Under the pieces are notes generated by a model that saw only the letters and a program-made list of their open reading frames with translations, was not told the origin of the DNA and searched no databases. From Octopus vulgaris (taxonomy: Eukaryota): a stretch of 64,000 bases of DNA. The stretch spans positions 169,508,001-169,572,000 of the forward strand of contig OX597816.1 in NCBI GenBank assembly GCA_951406725.2. The letters are read 5' to 3'. Shown here piece after piece: positions 27,511 through 42,006 of this stretch. Made by a program: the position numbers and the translations under genes. How positions within the stretch are numbered: the stretch's first letter is position 1; each line of letters starts with the position of its first letter.

Positions 27511-29064
27511 ATGCTGCCAGAATCCATTAGGGCTTACGTGGGCCGATTCTAAATTCAGGAAGTATTTATGTTAATGGTATGCACAGCAAAGCCCCTTCCT
27601 GATAAAAGATCAGTATTTCTGTGGTGATGCAAGTACATCATAGAGAACACATCTTCAAGTTTTAAATTAAATGTCTTATATCTAAGAAGAAATTAAAAAC
27701 AAATGAAAATAACTTGCAGTGGATAAGAAGTCATTATCTATGAACCGACGTTTCAGTATCTGATCCATTCTGACACTTTAATTCTACATGACTGATTTAC
27801 TGTTAAGATTACGAGCCGATGTGAGTGCCTCTGCGTAGTTTTTCGACCTGCTATAAAATAGTTGCTACATAGCCTTCAAATCACACCCAGTCATCTCAAA
27901 ATTTAAAGACAACGTGGTTCTTACTGTTATGTTTTTGTTAATGGCGGGAATTAAATGTATGATCACTTCTGGATTGTCTTTGATCATAAGTATACTCGTT
28001 CAGGGGATGCACAATAATAACCAAAACAACAACTGTCATGACTAGAAACATTAGTTAATATCACACAATATCTTACGCGATATTGCATGAAATATTCAAA
28101 GCGCTGTTAAAAGGCAAGGCTACATTGAAACAAATATGTTGCTGTATTTCTAATAATCACATTGTTTTAGCTGTTCCAGGATATTGCACAACATATGATA
28201 TCCATTCTTTTAAGCTAGTTTTAGGAATTTCAATCATAAACGCTTCTTTAGTTATCGCTGATTTCGTTCCATTGAACTCCTGTAATGTGTAATCTCGTCA
28301 GACGGAACTGATATCCAAGACAATACATGCAAGATGTGTTCGCAATTTGCATTCTCACCCACAGTATAATTACAACAAGCTGCTTTCAGCTTGTTCGAGA
28401 AAATAAATGACGATAAAAAGAAATATGTTATCGATTAGGTGGGAAGGCTAATAACAAGAATTTCTCACGCTTTCATCTGTCAATCGTTCATTCACTTTCT
28501 TATCTTTTGATAAAGTCGGCCAACGATCACAAGCAAACAGATCGACGGATAAAGATACAGAAACACCTGCATTTCACAATAGCTTCAGCAAGCCAAAACT
28601 GTTTTTCTTGGCCTCACCTACAGCGGAGAGATTACTTTGATTTTCGCGTCCTCTCTCTCTCATTCTCTCTGTCCTATTCTCTCTCTCTCTCTCCCATCAC
28701 TCTCTATTTCTCTCTGTCTTATTCTCTCTCTCTCTCCCCTCTCTCGCTATTGCTCTCTCTCTCTCTCTCTTTATTTTTCCTTCTTTATCTCAGCCCTTTT
28801 ACCAAAGTCTCCGATTTCCTTTCTACTCGATAATTTTTCTACAAGATAAAGTGTTTGTCACTCAGTCTCATTTCCGATTTACTGTTAATGAGGAAATTCA
28901 TAATTCCACTGTTACATGATAATAATCAAGAGACATATTTGGAAAGCATGAATCTGTTCGAATGTTTTTATTGAATTTAAATTTTCGATAATTCCTCTTT
29001 GGAACAAAATAGCTTTATGAATTTGCGAGAATTCCTTTTAGCATATACACATGAAATTTTCTTG

Positions 29065-29234
29065 TGTATGTATGTATGTATGTATGTATGTATGTATGTA
29101 TGTATGTATGTATGTATGTATGTATGTATGTATGTATGTATGTATGTATTTATGTATGTATGTAAGTATGTATGTATGTATGTATGTATGTATTTATGTA
29201 TGTATGTATGTATGTATGTATGTATGTATGTATG

Positions 29235-29265
<31 letters not shown>

Positions 29266-29340
29266 TAACAATTTAACAAATAAAACATATGCATACATAC
29301 ATATATGTACATACCTACATCTATATGTATATATACATGC

Positions 29341-29371
<31 letters not shown>

Positions 29372-29530
29372 TGTATGTATGTATGTATGTATGTATGTAT
29401 ATATGTATGTATGTATTTATGTATGTATGTATGCATGTATTTATGTATGTATGTATGTATGCGTGCGTGCGTGTGTACGTGTGTGTGTGTGTGTGTGTAC
29501 GTGTGTGTATGTGTACGCGCATGTGTGTGC
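29065..29530. repeat. (TATG)n/(TG)n microsatellite with small embedded Penelope-like end
   Basis: Tandem repeat; 29270-29340 resembles 32450-32520. Confidence 0.9.
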
Positions 29531-30171
29531 CTGCTTATAACATGATTCAGCTTTCAGCTTTAACCAAGCAGAATCTTACTCATAATGATGTTTATAAAAT
29601 AGGAAGTTTTTCCTATCAAGAAAAAAACACGTCGCAGTCAAGTAGCGGCTTAACCTCTTCTTTTGACTTGAGTCAATACACTGCTATATAGTATTAATTT
29701 TTCTATTATTCACCCAAAATCTATGCGGTAGCTCGAAAACAGCAATTATCACGTGATTAATATTGAATATTACTGATAAGTGTTGTTTGTTCTTTCCGTT
29801 GGTTTGTAGAGCGTAGTGTGCGGTGGGTGGTTTTAGATTTGCCGATTTCGCAGTCTGTTGACAATGTATAAAATTAGTACTCCTTTCGATTATTTCCATG
29901 TCTATTTATTTATTTACTAGTGTGAGAAAGGGAGTGAAAGGCGGATTAAGCAGGTGAGACTAATTCATTGCTAGCAGTCTTCAAACTACAGGTGTTTCAA
30001 TGTCTATAGCTTATACGATGTCATCTCTATCAGTGTTTTCATTCACTCTCCCTAACCGTTGAATCGGTTTTACTTCCTGTTTCACTATTCTCTTTCAACT
30101 TCATTATTTCGCTTTCTTCTCATTTGCGAATCTTCATCAACACTAATGAATCAACGTGGAGAATTCATTAT

Positions 30172-30571
30172 TACTCTTTTACTCTTTTACTTGTTTCAGT
30201 AATTTGACTGCGGCCATGCTGGAGCACCGCCTTTTTAATCGAGCAACTCGACCCCGGGACTTATTCTTTTGTAAGCCCAGTACTTATTCTATCGGTCTCT
30301 TTTGCCGAACCGCTAAGTAATGGGGACATAAACACACCAGCATCGGTTGTCAAGCAATGCTAGAGGGAGAAACACACTCACACAAACACACACACGCATA
30401 TATATATACATATATACGACGGGCTTCTTTCAGTTTCCGTCTACCAAATCCACTCACACGGCTTTGGTCGGCCCGAGGCTATAGTAGAAGACACTTGCCC
30501 ATGGTGCCACGCAGTGGGACTGAACCCGGAACCATGTGGCTGGTAAACAAGCTACTTACCACACAGCCACT
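30172..30571 (-). mobile_element. SINE family A
   Basis: Near-complete copy. Confidence 0.92.
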
Positions 30572-30618
30572 CGGTGAATTTTCCTATCATTCGGAACTAG
30601 TAAGAGATTTCTACATGT

Positions 30619-31005
30619 AGGCGCAGGTGTGACTTGTGTGGTAAAGAAACTTGCTTCTCGTTCATGTGGTCCTTGATTCAGTCCCACTGTGTAGTATCTT
30701 GGGCAAGTGTCTTCTATTATAGCCTCGGGCCAGCCAAAACCTTGTGAGAGAATTTGGGAGATGGAAACTGAAAGCAGCCTGCATATTTATAAATGTATAT
30801 ATGTATGTATTTGGGTGTTTGTGTCTGTGTTTGTCCCCCATACCATCAGTTGACAACCGATGTTGGTGTGTTTTCGTCCAAGCAACTTAGCGGTTCGGCA
30901 AAAGAAACCGATAGAATAAGTACTAGTCCTGTACGACTAAAACCCCTTAAGTTGGTGCTCTAGCATGGTCACAGCCAAATGACTGAAACAGGTAAAAGGA
31001 TAAAA

Positions 31006-31010
<5 letters not shown>
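30619..31010 (+). mobile_element. SINE family A, older subfamily
   Basis: Diverged complete copy. Confidence 0.85.
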
Positions 31011-31044
<34 letters not shown>

Positions 31045-31401
31045 ATGGGGGTTTAGTTCACTGGTTGTCTAAAACAAATAGTGGCTGGGTGAGTGCTGTA
31101 ACGGATTATCAGGGTTCTAAGCTCGTAACTGTGACAAGAGCTATGGATCTATTTTCGGCTTCCAATTTAGCAGATATATATTTGTGAAAGAGGACAACAA
31201 ACACCGAGGCATAACAAGCATCTCAAGTCATATGCTTTATTTTAGATTTTTCCTAAATTAGATGAAGCCATACAGCTGTTGCTAGGATAGGATATCCCAG
31301 TTGTTAGGCCAGTATGTCTTCGGCGCTTCACATTTTTACAGATAAGCCATTATTCGCCACCAATCATTATTCAGCACCCAAAAGGTTCATTAGTGAGATA
31401 T

Positions 31402-31805
31402 ACTCTTTTACTCTTTTACTTGTTTCAGTCATTTGACTGCGGCCATGCTGGAGCACCGCCTTTTTAATCGAGCAACTCAACCCCGGGACTTATTCTTTTG
31501 TAAGCCCAGTACTTATTCTATCGGTCTCTTTTGCCGAACCGCTAAATAACGGGGACATAAACACGCCAGCATCGGTTGTCAAGCAATGCTAGGGGGACAA
31601 ACACAGACACACACACACTCATATATATATATACATATATACGACGGGCTTCTTTCAGTTTCCGTCTACCAAATCCACTCACAAGGCTTTGGTCGACCCG
31701 AGGCTATAGTAGAAGACACTTGCCCAAGGTTCCACACAGTGGGATTGAACCCGGAACCATGTGGTTGGTAAACAAGCTACTTACCACACAGCCACTCCTG
31801 CGCCT
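31402..31805 (-). mobile_element. SINE family A, full length
   Basis: Complete copy. Confidence 0.92.
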
Positions 31806-31809
31806 ATGA

Positions 31810-32215
31810 CAACAAAGAGCAAATATTTTTTCTGTGCGCGCGATTAGACTCAGAAAGTTTGTGAGGAACCCATCAACCTAATTTGCTGACTTTACCGATG
31901 GCCCGCACGTGTCAATGAATGGCTGAATTACCAAATCCAAGCTTCTCTGCTAGTTCCTCAACAGTTACGATGGGATTTTGTTCCAATAGGGTTTGCAGGA
32001 CGTTCTGGTCGAACTCTACAGATCTTCCAGGACGAGGCTCGTCTTGTAGGCTGTAGTTTCTGGCTCTGAGTCTGGAAGCACCGTTGGCACTGGCTTATGC
32101 TTCTTGCTCGATCCCCATGTACTGCATTAATATTCCTCGCACTTTCCGTTGCGTTGTAGGCTTTAATGGACTCATAAAGCAAAATATGCCGAATATATTC
32201 CTTTGTCACTTCTAT
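31810..32215 (-). pseudogene. mariner transposase N-terminal fragment
   Basis: KEYIRHILLYE..NATESARNINAVHG..LQDEPRPGRS..VTVEELAEKLG..GKVSKLG*WVPHKL. Confidence 0.88.
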
Positions 32216-32254
32216 TATAGATTTGAAAAAGAATTATATATATATATATATGCA

Positions 32255-32287
<33 letters not shown>

Positions 32288-32300
32288 CTTTCTCTCACTC

Positions 32301-32371
<71 letters not shown>

Positions 32372-32416
32372 ATATATATACATACATACACATATGCATA
32401 TATTTATATCTATATA

Positions 32417-32449
<33 letters not shown>

Positions 32450-32453
<4 letters not shown>

Positions 32454-33280
32454 TAATAAATAAAACATATGCATATATACATACATATATGTACGTACCT
32501 ACCTCTACATGTATATATAAGGCATATATGGGTACAGGACACAAAAAAAAAACGTCGAACACAATGAGAAACGAAAACATAAACACAAAACCAAGGAACT
32601 GGACATTTTTCTTAAACAACGAAAAAATAGAGTACAGGACAAATAACACAAGGAAAATTCCCCTTCTTCAGTCGCCATGGTTTCATCTACTCTGCGTTTC
32701 GAAGGTGAAGGCAATACGCATCTTCGATAGAAACTTTCCTTCCAGCGTAAAGCAAATTAAATAAAATTTGAGATCTTTTTGCGGAGGGGTAAAAATGGTA
32801 ACAGAAACAGGACAGTAACGACAATACAAAATATAAACAGTAAAAGACAGGACAAGGAGAATAACAAGACAAGAAGGGCTTTTAAACCGCACGAGAAAAA
32901 GTATTACGAACGCTATTTTTGAGAACGGCGAAGGAGCGACAGAAAATGCCGTCCACACTTCAAGGACGGCAGGCCAGAAAGGCAGTAGCAGAGCTCTCGT
33001 CGCGGGTCAAAGACGGGAGTGAGGAGGAGGAGGAGCAAGAGAAAGGGAGAGAGAAAAGGGAATGGTTGTGAGGAAACCAGAAAGAATGAGAGAGAGAGAG
33101 TGGGAGAGACAGTAAGGTAGAAGAAAAGGAAACCAGAAAGAATGAAGGCTGAGAAAGGGAGGGGACAGAAAAGTCAAGAGTGCGCGTCATTATTAATATC
33201 AAGAACAATCTTACTTAGAAATGGATGCGTGCGTTCCGTCATATAATATATTAATAAATAAAACACATGCATACACACAC
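32450..33280 (-). mobile_element. Penelope-like non-coding element, (TA)n-flanked
   Basis: Shares 32520-32810 with 17411-17835; AATAAATAAAACA(C/T)ATGCATA end present at 32455 and again at ~33253 (tandem ends). Confidence 0.6.
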
Positions 33281-33288
33281 ACACACAC

Positions 33289-33326
<38 letters not shown>

Positions 33327-33375
33327 ATACGCATCTATATAGTTGTATCTGTATACATATATGTACATATATATA

Positions 33376-33413
<38 letters not shown>

Positions 33414-33764
33414 TACACATAGATCTGCACTCTTTAAAACTTGCACTATGAATAAGGACAAAGTAAAATTACTACCAGCTTTTATAGCAAGTTGATGCAA
33501 GTAGTTGATACCATCCCCCTCCGACTTTTAGTTCATGCAATTGAAAAATCCTCATTATTTATGGCCTGACCCAATATATATATTTGTGGGTGTGTTCGTG
33601 TGTGTATGCGCGCGCGCGTGTGTGTGTATGTATGGATATGGTGAGTAGAAGACGACGTATGAACGCTCAGCATTTGCCAAACGACCTGCACAAATGATCT
33701 GTTTATTATAGTGATGAAAAGTTCGTGTCGCATATTAGCTCACTCCCTCCAAAATAATCAACTT

Positions 33765-33925
33765 TGCCTGAAGAGGTGCACAGTATACCAAGCGTCAGGT
33801 GTCAAAGTGATCGCAGGGGCAACGTGAGATGAAGTGTCTTTCTCAAGAACGCAACGCACGACCCAGTTTAGGAATTCGAACCACAATCGTTAGATTGTGA
33901 GTGCAACACCACGACCACTGAACCA
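33765..33925 (-). mobile_element. Diverged tRNA-derived SINE head
   Basis: Minus strand TGGTTCAGTGG A box, GGTTCGAATTCC B box, TTCTTGAGAAAGACACTT. Confidence 0.6.
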
Positions 33926-33979
33926 TATATAAATATATGTGTGTGTGTATGTGTGTACGTGTCTTTCTCTTAGTACTAG

Positions 33980-34340
33980 GCGCCCACCACCGGCTGACAA
34001 CCAGTGTTGGTTTGTTTCCGTCCTCGTAACTTAGCGGTTCGGCATAAGGTGTGGACAGAATAGATACCAGGTTTAAAACAAAAATTAGTACAGGGGTCGA
34101 TTTGTTCGACTAAATCCTTCAAGGTGGTACCCCATCATGGCCGCAGTCCAAAGACTGAATCAAGTAAGAGTTAAAAGATAAGATGTACAGTGGCTGTGTG
34201 GTAAGTAGCTTGTTTACCAACCACATGGTTCCGGGTTCAGTCCCACTGCGTGGGACCTTGGGCAAGTGTCTTCTACTATAGCCTCGGGCCGACCAAAGCC
34301 TTGTGAGTGGATTTGGTAGATGGAAACTGAAAGAAGCCCG

Positions 34341-34388
<48 letters not shown>

Positions 34389-34602
34389 TTGTGTGTGTTT
34401 GTGTGTCTGTGTTTGTCCCTCTAGCATTGCTTGACAACCGATGCTGGTGTGTTTATGTTCCCGTTACTTAGCGGTTCGGCAAAAGAGACCGATAGAATAA
34501 GTACTGGGCTTACAAAAGAATAAGCCCCGGGGTCGAGTTGCTCGATTAAAGGCGGTGCTCCAGCATGGCCGCAGTCAAATCACTGAAACAAGTAAAAGAG
34601 TA
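33980..34602 (+). mobile_element. SINE family A: old tail plus young near-complete copy (34190-34602)
   Basis: Family motifs. Confidence 0.88.
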
Positions 34603-34992
34603 ATATGTACATCAGAAGCTACATCAATAATAATAGAACAAAACACAGTACCATATACAGCTGTCGAATTAGAACTTATGAAATTGTCGGGGTTATTAAG
34701 TTTAACTAGAATATATCGACTTATGCCTTCAAGCTGATTTTTTTTTTCTATTATGTATTGTAAAAGCTAACTTACATATGAACTTTAAAAACCATCATTT
34801 ATTGTTTTCAAAGCCTGTTTCTTCTAATTTCGGTTTTCTTTCCCATCTGCCTTAACGAAGGATATGGTATATGGTATTCAGCTGAGAGCCAACCACTGTT
34901 TCAGTAAAATGTATGCAGAATATACATATATATATGCATCTATATACCATCTATATACATATACATACATACATACATACATACATATACTC

Positions 34993-35025
<33 letters not shown>

Positions 35026-35074
35026 CGTTTAAATATTTATTGGCTAAACTGGCAAAATGACCATTCCGAAATAT

Positions 35075-35123
<49 letters not shown>

Positions 35124-35577
35124 TATATATGTATATATATGTGTGTATATAGATGCACACACACACACATATATACACCAACGTAGAAATAATAACTACA
35201 TAAACACACACATACACGCAAATACTCGCGCATGCATACACACATACATATACATGCAAACATACATACATGCATGCATACATACATACAAATATGAGTG
35301 CGTGTTTGTGTGCGCATGCTTGCATGTGTGAAAGAGAGAGAGGGGGAACGAGAGAGAGAAAGAGGGAAAGAGAGAAAGGGGAAAAGGGAGAGAGAATGTG
35401 TAAGAAGTTTTTTTTATATATAGGTAAAAGCAGCAGAACTTGACATGTTCAGCATATTGAAACAAGAAGGCAAAGAACAAAAAAAAAAAAAAACCAAGTT
35501 AACGTTGTATGAAGCAAATTTTATAAGAAAATTATGCCAGCAGAAGTTTGCCAATAACAAGTACAGGTAAACTTATC

Positions 35578-35752
35578 GGTGCAGGTGTGGCTGCGCGATA
35601 AGAAACTTGCTTCCGAGCCATCAGTCCAACTGCGTGGAACCTTGGGCAAGTATCTTCTACAATACGCTCCAGCCAACCAAAGCCTTGTGAGTGGGTTTGA
35701 CTGACGGAAACTGAAAAAACCCCCATCTATATATCTCTTATATAAAATCCGT

Positions 35753-35795
<43 letters not shown>

Positions 35796-36304
35796 TCTAG
35801 GATCTCGGGCATCCTCCATCCGATTGCGCTCAAATTTGATATGTAGATACCGATGGTATCAGGGCGTATATACTTCTTGAAAAATTACAAAAATCGATTC
35901 CTGGTGAGATTGCGATAAATAAAGCCGTTTTTGCCCTGCTTTTCTTCCGTCAACCTGTACATAACTGCACCTTCCATTTTTTGTTATTTTTGTACTGCTT
36001 AAAGTCACGTTTGTTTCCTGCCAAGCTTACTGTTTAAACCATGTTTGTGTTCTCCCAGTCAACAGCCTTATCATTACCGGTACTTTAAACTCTTCGGTTG
36101 CATATCTGTGTGAATAAAATCTTTCTTCTTTGGAATAGAAAAAAAATCTATCTTTATTTCTTCTTTTGCTGGTGTCTCAAATTTAGGTTAAATCAGTGTT
36201 TCTCAAAGGGGAGGCCTATTGGACGGTCGGACAAGTTGTTTTGAGAAAATGTGGTTTAAATGTTTGACAACTGAGCACCGTCCATTGGACGGAGCGTTTT
36301 GCTC

Positions 36305-36344
<40 letters not shown>

Positions 36345-36530
36345 TGTGTGTGTGTGTATGTCTCATTTTGTCACTCCCTAGGACCGCTTGACAACCGGTG
36401 CTCGTGTGTCTACGTCCCCATAGCTTAGCGGCTCAGCAAAAGAGTCCGATAAAATAAGTACCAGGTTTAATAAGAAAAAATAAGCACTGGGGTCGATTCA
36501 TTCGAATAAAATTTCTTCAAGATGGTGCCC
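35578..36530 (+). mobile_element. SINE family A split by nested insertions
   Basis: Head 35578-35724; tail resumes ~36340. Confidence 0.7.
35726..36060 (+). mobile_element. Helitron-like element 5' part with (CTGT)n
   Basis: ATCT..TATATAAAA start followed by (CTGT)n as in the other Helitrons; 3' CTAG/hairpin not found. Confidence 0.5.
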
Positions 36531-37055
36531 CGGGTCAAAATGGGTCATTGTGCTTTTTTTTTTTTAAAGCTGGAGATAGTAAGATGTGATTTGTGGGAGT
36601 TTTGGCTGTTGTTTCTTGCCGGTCAGATGTCTGCGTAAAGCCTTCCTGCTGAGACATCTTAATGCAAATTGTTGTCCTAGGCTCCAGTTACAACTTGGCT
36701 TCAGTGTACAACTATGAGCAAAGACATCTCGGCCGTGACCATCGTACATTTTGTGAACTCAGTGCTACATTGTTGAATGCGTCATTCCTTCTTTTAGATA
36801 GTAGAAGGTAATTTATGCTCAGATTTCATTGCTATTTCTTGCAAGTCGAGCGACTGTTTAGAGCCAACGAGGGAAGCTTTACTTGGTTACTCATTATGAA
36901 CTCGGAGATTAGCGTCGGTTTCTCTTTAATCGTTAAACAGATGAAGAATAACTTGTCTAGCAAAAAAGGCGCAAATGATGCGAAAAAAACTTACTGCAAG
37001 ATTGTCCTTAGCGCTAATAACTTCTTTTAAGAGCAAACGTGTGAGTGTGTGTGTA

Positions 37056-37103
<48 letters not shown>

Positions 37104-37104
37104 T

Positions 37105-37159
<55 letters not shown>

Positions 37160-37738
37160 AATTAGAAATAAATAAGAAAAATGTGAAAATAGTTTACGGT
37201 TGCATGTATGATTTGTAGAAGTCATTTCGGTGAAATATTCGGATAGTTAAGAAGTTTTTATTAGATATTCTTAATGTGATGGACGGATATAAAGTAAACA
37301 TGGCTTTGCACAGAAAACTTTTTTCCTTTTAAATTAATGTATTAGTTGAGCGAGTGAGTAGATAAAAGAAAGAACAGGAAATAGCAACCAGTGATGCATT
37401 CTGATACCAAATTAAGCCCAAGATTGATTGTAAGTAATGATAACGTGTTTATGTTTGAGCAATAGCAACTATTTGGAAGGAAATTAGGAGAATAAATCGA
37501 CCATGTATTCCATTATTGACAGTGGTGTCCAACTTCGTTCATCTAAAGACATTTTAAATACACAAAATCATCACCATGATGGACTTCTTTACAACTGAGT
37601 GCAAAATTCCCTAGGTAATAGAATGAATAAGCACTTTAATCCGGATAAAGTGCCAAAGATGATATGTTAGAAAGCATTTCCTCTTTCAATTTAAGAGTGG
37701 CTTACATTTCTCACAAGTCTTCGTGTCATTTCTTCAAA

Positions 37739-38132
37739 TCTTTATATATAAAAGTGAAGTTGTGTGTCTGTCTCCTACGATTTAGATTCCTAACTACTCC
37801 CACATTTTGCGGTGCAGTTTAACCAAAAGCGGGTATCTTATAGTCGTGGCTCATATCAAGCCCTTCTGGATATTAGCGCGCGTCTACGATGAGTCTACGA
37901 TTTAAAAAAATATTTACCATCATTTTTCCCATTTGTAATGCATTTTTTTGCAGTTATATAAGGGAAGTAACTCTCTAAAAATGTATTATTAAATCTCGGA
38001 ACGTAAAAAGCTACAGTAACACCCCACTTTGTGGTTAGCCATATTGAGATGGCTATTATACTTTACATCTCTAAAAATGATTATATAGTTATTTCCCTTA
38101 CAAGCCCGAGGAACGCCGGGCGATACTGCGAG
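37739..38132 (+). mobile_element. Non-autonomous Helitron
   Basis: A|TCTTTATATATAAAAG start, CCCGAGGAACGCCGGG hairpin, CGAG|T end (CTAG variant). Confidence 0.85.
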
Positions 38133-38328
38133 TGAGAAATAAATTTCAGTCACTTAAGATATTCACTACATAACCAGCCTATCTCTATTAACCAAATTCA
38201 TGTCATTTATTCATTTTAGTTAATTTCTAGTTATTTTATCATTATTATTTGTATTAAGAAAACATGTCTTAAAAAGATTATTTCAGAAACCTTTTTGTAA
38301 AAATATTCTCATTGTTATTTATTTTTTA

Positions 38329-38627
38329 CTAGCAGTATCGCCCGGCGTTGCTCGGGTTTGTAAGGGAAATAACTATATAAGCATTTTTAGAGAGTTACTT
38401 CCCTTATATAATAGCAAAAAAAACCATTAAAAATGGGAAAAAAATTATGGTAAATTTTTTTTAAATCGCAGACTCATCGTCGACGCGCGCTAATACCCAG
38501 AAGGGCTCGATATGAATCACGACTATAAGATACCCGCTTTTGGTTAAACTGCACTGCAAAATGTGGGAGTAGTTAGGAATCTAAATCGTAGAAGACAGAC
38601 ACACAACTTCACTTTTATATATAAAGA
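38329..38627 (-). mobile_element. Non-autonomous Helitron (shorter variant)
   Basis: Reverse complement of same family with TC...CTAG termini. Confidence 0.85.
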
Positions 38628-39664
38628 TTTACAACATTTCGAGCAGTGTTGTGGCAGAAATTATAGAAAGCGTCCTTAAATGCAGTATTTAATGAAGACC
38701 TTTATTTTCCCAACTTTTCTGCATCGAAAATATGACTGCCAACATTTTAGTAGCCAATTCATTCGTCTACGCTCCATCCATATTAACACATTTGTGAGCG
38801 CAAGCAGAAGTTAAAATAATGATTTTTTTAAAGAAAATTATAATTATTATAATGACCTTGAACCAAGATAAGCAATCAATAATTAAAATTATTCTGTGTG
38901 CTAGATATGATCAAGATAGAATTAATACTTTTAATCAGTCTTTTCAATCTGTTCAGTCTGCAACATCTGTGTAGTTATTACAATGAACTTGTCGTAGATT
39001 TTAGTGTGTGTGTGTGTATCTGTGTGTGTGTGTGTGTATTGTCGTTGTGTCAGCATGTTTGGCAGTGATTGTACATGTAGTAATGACGTGCGCTGTGAAG
39101 CCTCAAAGTTTCACGTGTAAACAAAATGCCGTGCGCGCATATCCAGCAGCGCTTTCATTTTTAATATTTTCCTTCTTGTTATGTGAATGTAATATGCGCA
39201 ACCTGTGATGATGCGATATCTACTATTGTTGTCTTTTTTTAGTTTGTTGCGGAGAATTTGCTTGGCATGGTGCCTGGTACATCAAATAGATTGTTTATAC
39301 TCTCATATCGATTTTTTTGCTGGCAAAATGTTGTTTATGTGAGTGCTTTTAGACTTTTGTGTATCATTTTAATTCATTTGTTTTCTTATTTATTTGTTAA
39401 GTGAATATGTAGAGAGATTGAAGGTTTTAGTATGTTTTACTTCTTTCTGTGAAACATGCTTATATTTTTTATTATCATATCTAGTTATATCAGATGTCTT
39501 TTAGTGTATCTAGCAAGAGACTAGGTTTGCTGGTGATACCTTTTTGTCAAAGATGAGGGACAATGCCCATGATTTCTGTCACGATCCTGAAATTTTCCGA
39601 GCATGAAGCTCTTCCATGACTGACACAAACCGGACAATGTTTCATTAAAAGGGCATTGTCGGGT

Positions 39665-39933
39665 TTTTGTTCCTTCTCGAGCCATGCCTTGCTCATAAGG
39701 GCCGATTTCCCGGTTTCTTGACGTATAGGTTCCCCACCTAGACGGGACGCCGGTCCGTCGCAGGTGAGCTGCAAGATGCAGGAGGAAAGAGTGAGAGAAA
39801 GTTGTGGCGAAAGAGTCAGTAGAAGTTCGCCCTTACCTTCTGCTGGAGCCGCGTGGAGCTTAGGTCTGAGATTCGAACTCGCGTTCCCTCAACCGCGAGG
39901 CCGCTGCTCTAACCACTAGGCCATGTGCCTCCA
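39665..39933 (-). mobile_element. SINE family C variant (alternative tail) with 11-bp TSD
   Basis: CATTGTCGGGT at 39654-39664 and 39934-39944; tRNA-like head. Confidence 0.82.
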
Positions 39934-39959
39934 CATTGTCGGGTATTTCAATAACTAGA

Positions 39960-40030
<71 letters not shown>

Positions 40031-40114
40031 TCATTTTAAATATTTATTTTTTAAGCATTTTACAAATACCTATTATGTAAACATGTACAAGCGTTTTCTA
40101 AATAATTATATTAT

Positions 40115-40163
<49 letters not shown>

Positions 40164-40189
40164 GTGTGTGTATGTGTGTATGGTACTTA

Positions 40190-40846
40190 CGAAGAATAAT
40201 GCTGACGTCTTATCTCTATCTTTATTCTTTTTATTTCTTTTTTATATTTTGATTTTTGATTTTATTTTACTCTCACTCTTATTCATTCTTTCCCGCACCT
40301 CTCCCGCTCCTGTCTTTGCTCCCTTGTTTCTCTCTTTCTCTTCCCTCTTCCATCCACTCACTCACAACCCACTTCTGTCTTCTTGATGTCTGTCTTTCTC
40401 ACTCTGTATACCCACGTAGAGCATTTGCATACTGGCTAACCACTTCAACATGAACGCATCATTGAAAATACTGCTTGGATATACCTGGGATTATACCTAA
40501 GGGCCTGTACCTACACGGAAGTACGGACCAACCTCCATACCCTCTGAAAAAAAGATGAACGGTGAACTTTATTCTCCTGTCTGTATTCTTCTATCAACTT
40601 TTAATCTTTATTCTTCTAGTTTATTCCTTATAAACTGTGAATTTTCCTGTCTAGAACTTTTATACATACTCACCTTGTCTCTGATGATGGTTTACCCTGT
40701 GTACGGACATGCTAGCCTATCACTTGGGATATCCCATAAACAGCTGTAAGACTTCAAACTCGCCTTACCCAAATTAAATTATCATAAATGTCTTGAAGAT
40801 ACTCGTGCTGCCTTGGTTTTTGTTGTCCTTTTCTCCTAATATACTA

Positions 40847-40850
<4 letters not shown>
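40190..40850 (+). mobile_element. Penelope-like 3' region with mutated hammerhead motif (40677-40752)
   Basis: GTCT CTGATGA TGG..CCA TAAAC AGCT GTA AGAC; ends in (TA)n. Confidence 0.65.
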
Positions 40851-40911
<61 letters not shown>

Positions 40912-41544
40912 TGTATATATTGAGAAAAAGAGAGAGAGAAAGAAGGAAAGAGAAAGAGAGAGATCTATACACATTGCCGGAGCTATACATGAGCTACATC
41001 AAGTTTCTTGCTCGGATAGAGCAGTAACTGGACAGACTTCTATAATGTAAGGTGCACGAACCTGCAACCTTTCACGCTCAAATTACATAGGTATCCCATT
41101 TAAAATCCTAGGACAAAAGGGGAAACGATGCAAAGAAAAGGGAAAAAAATACGAGAAGAAAAATGTTAATGGAAAAAGGGGGTTAAGAGCTGACTCTCTT
41201 CAACCCGTAAGATTAAAAAAATCATTAACTTTGAATGTTTGAGTGTAAAATAGCTTTGGTTATTTTACTTTCGATCTGCACTACTTAATCATGCGCTCGC
41301 GTGTATGTGTTGCTAGAGCACCGCCCTGAAGATGTTTTTTTATTCGAATAAATCAATCCTAGGGCATATTTTTTAAAGTCAAGTGCTCATTAAATCGGTT
41401 ACTTTGGCCGAACTGTTAAGTTACGGGGACATAAACACGCTAAACCCGTCACTAATCTGTGATAGGGAACAAACACAGTTACAAACACGCATATGTGTGT
41501 GTGTGTGTGTATACATATACACACACACATATATATATATACTA

Positions 41545-41910
41545 ATAAGAAAATGGAGGAACAGATTCCTTTCAATCATCGACTTACAGATAATACCAAT
41601 TCATATTATTTATTAACTACTTAAATAGGAACATCCAAATCCAACAGAATAAAACAGAATAAAACAATATACATCAATAAGTAAGATAATACCATAAAAA
41701 TAATACATATAAAATGGATCTTACAGCTGTTTCAGCCTGTAGATAAAGGTATCTCATTGTGCCTATATTAGTCAGATGTATTGAGGTAATATGCAGTTAA
41801 AAATGAGTTACTTATATATATATATCTCAAGGCCTCGTCAGGGATTACAAAGTACAATTATAAAAATATAAAAATGCAAATATAAGTATGAAACAGAATA
41901 CACATACACA
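41545..41910 (-). mobile_element. Penelope-like element with hammerhead motif (41718-41845)
   Basis: Minus strand ATCC CTGACGA GGCC..GGCT GAAAC AGCT GTA AGAT; TA-flanked. Confidence 0.7.
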
Positions 41911-41913
41911 AGA

Positions 41914-42006
<93 letters not shown>

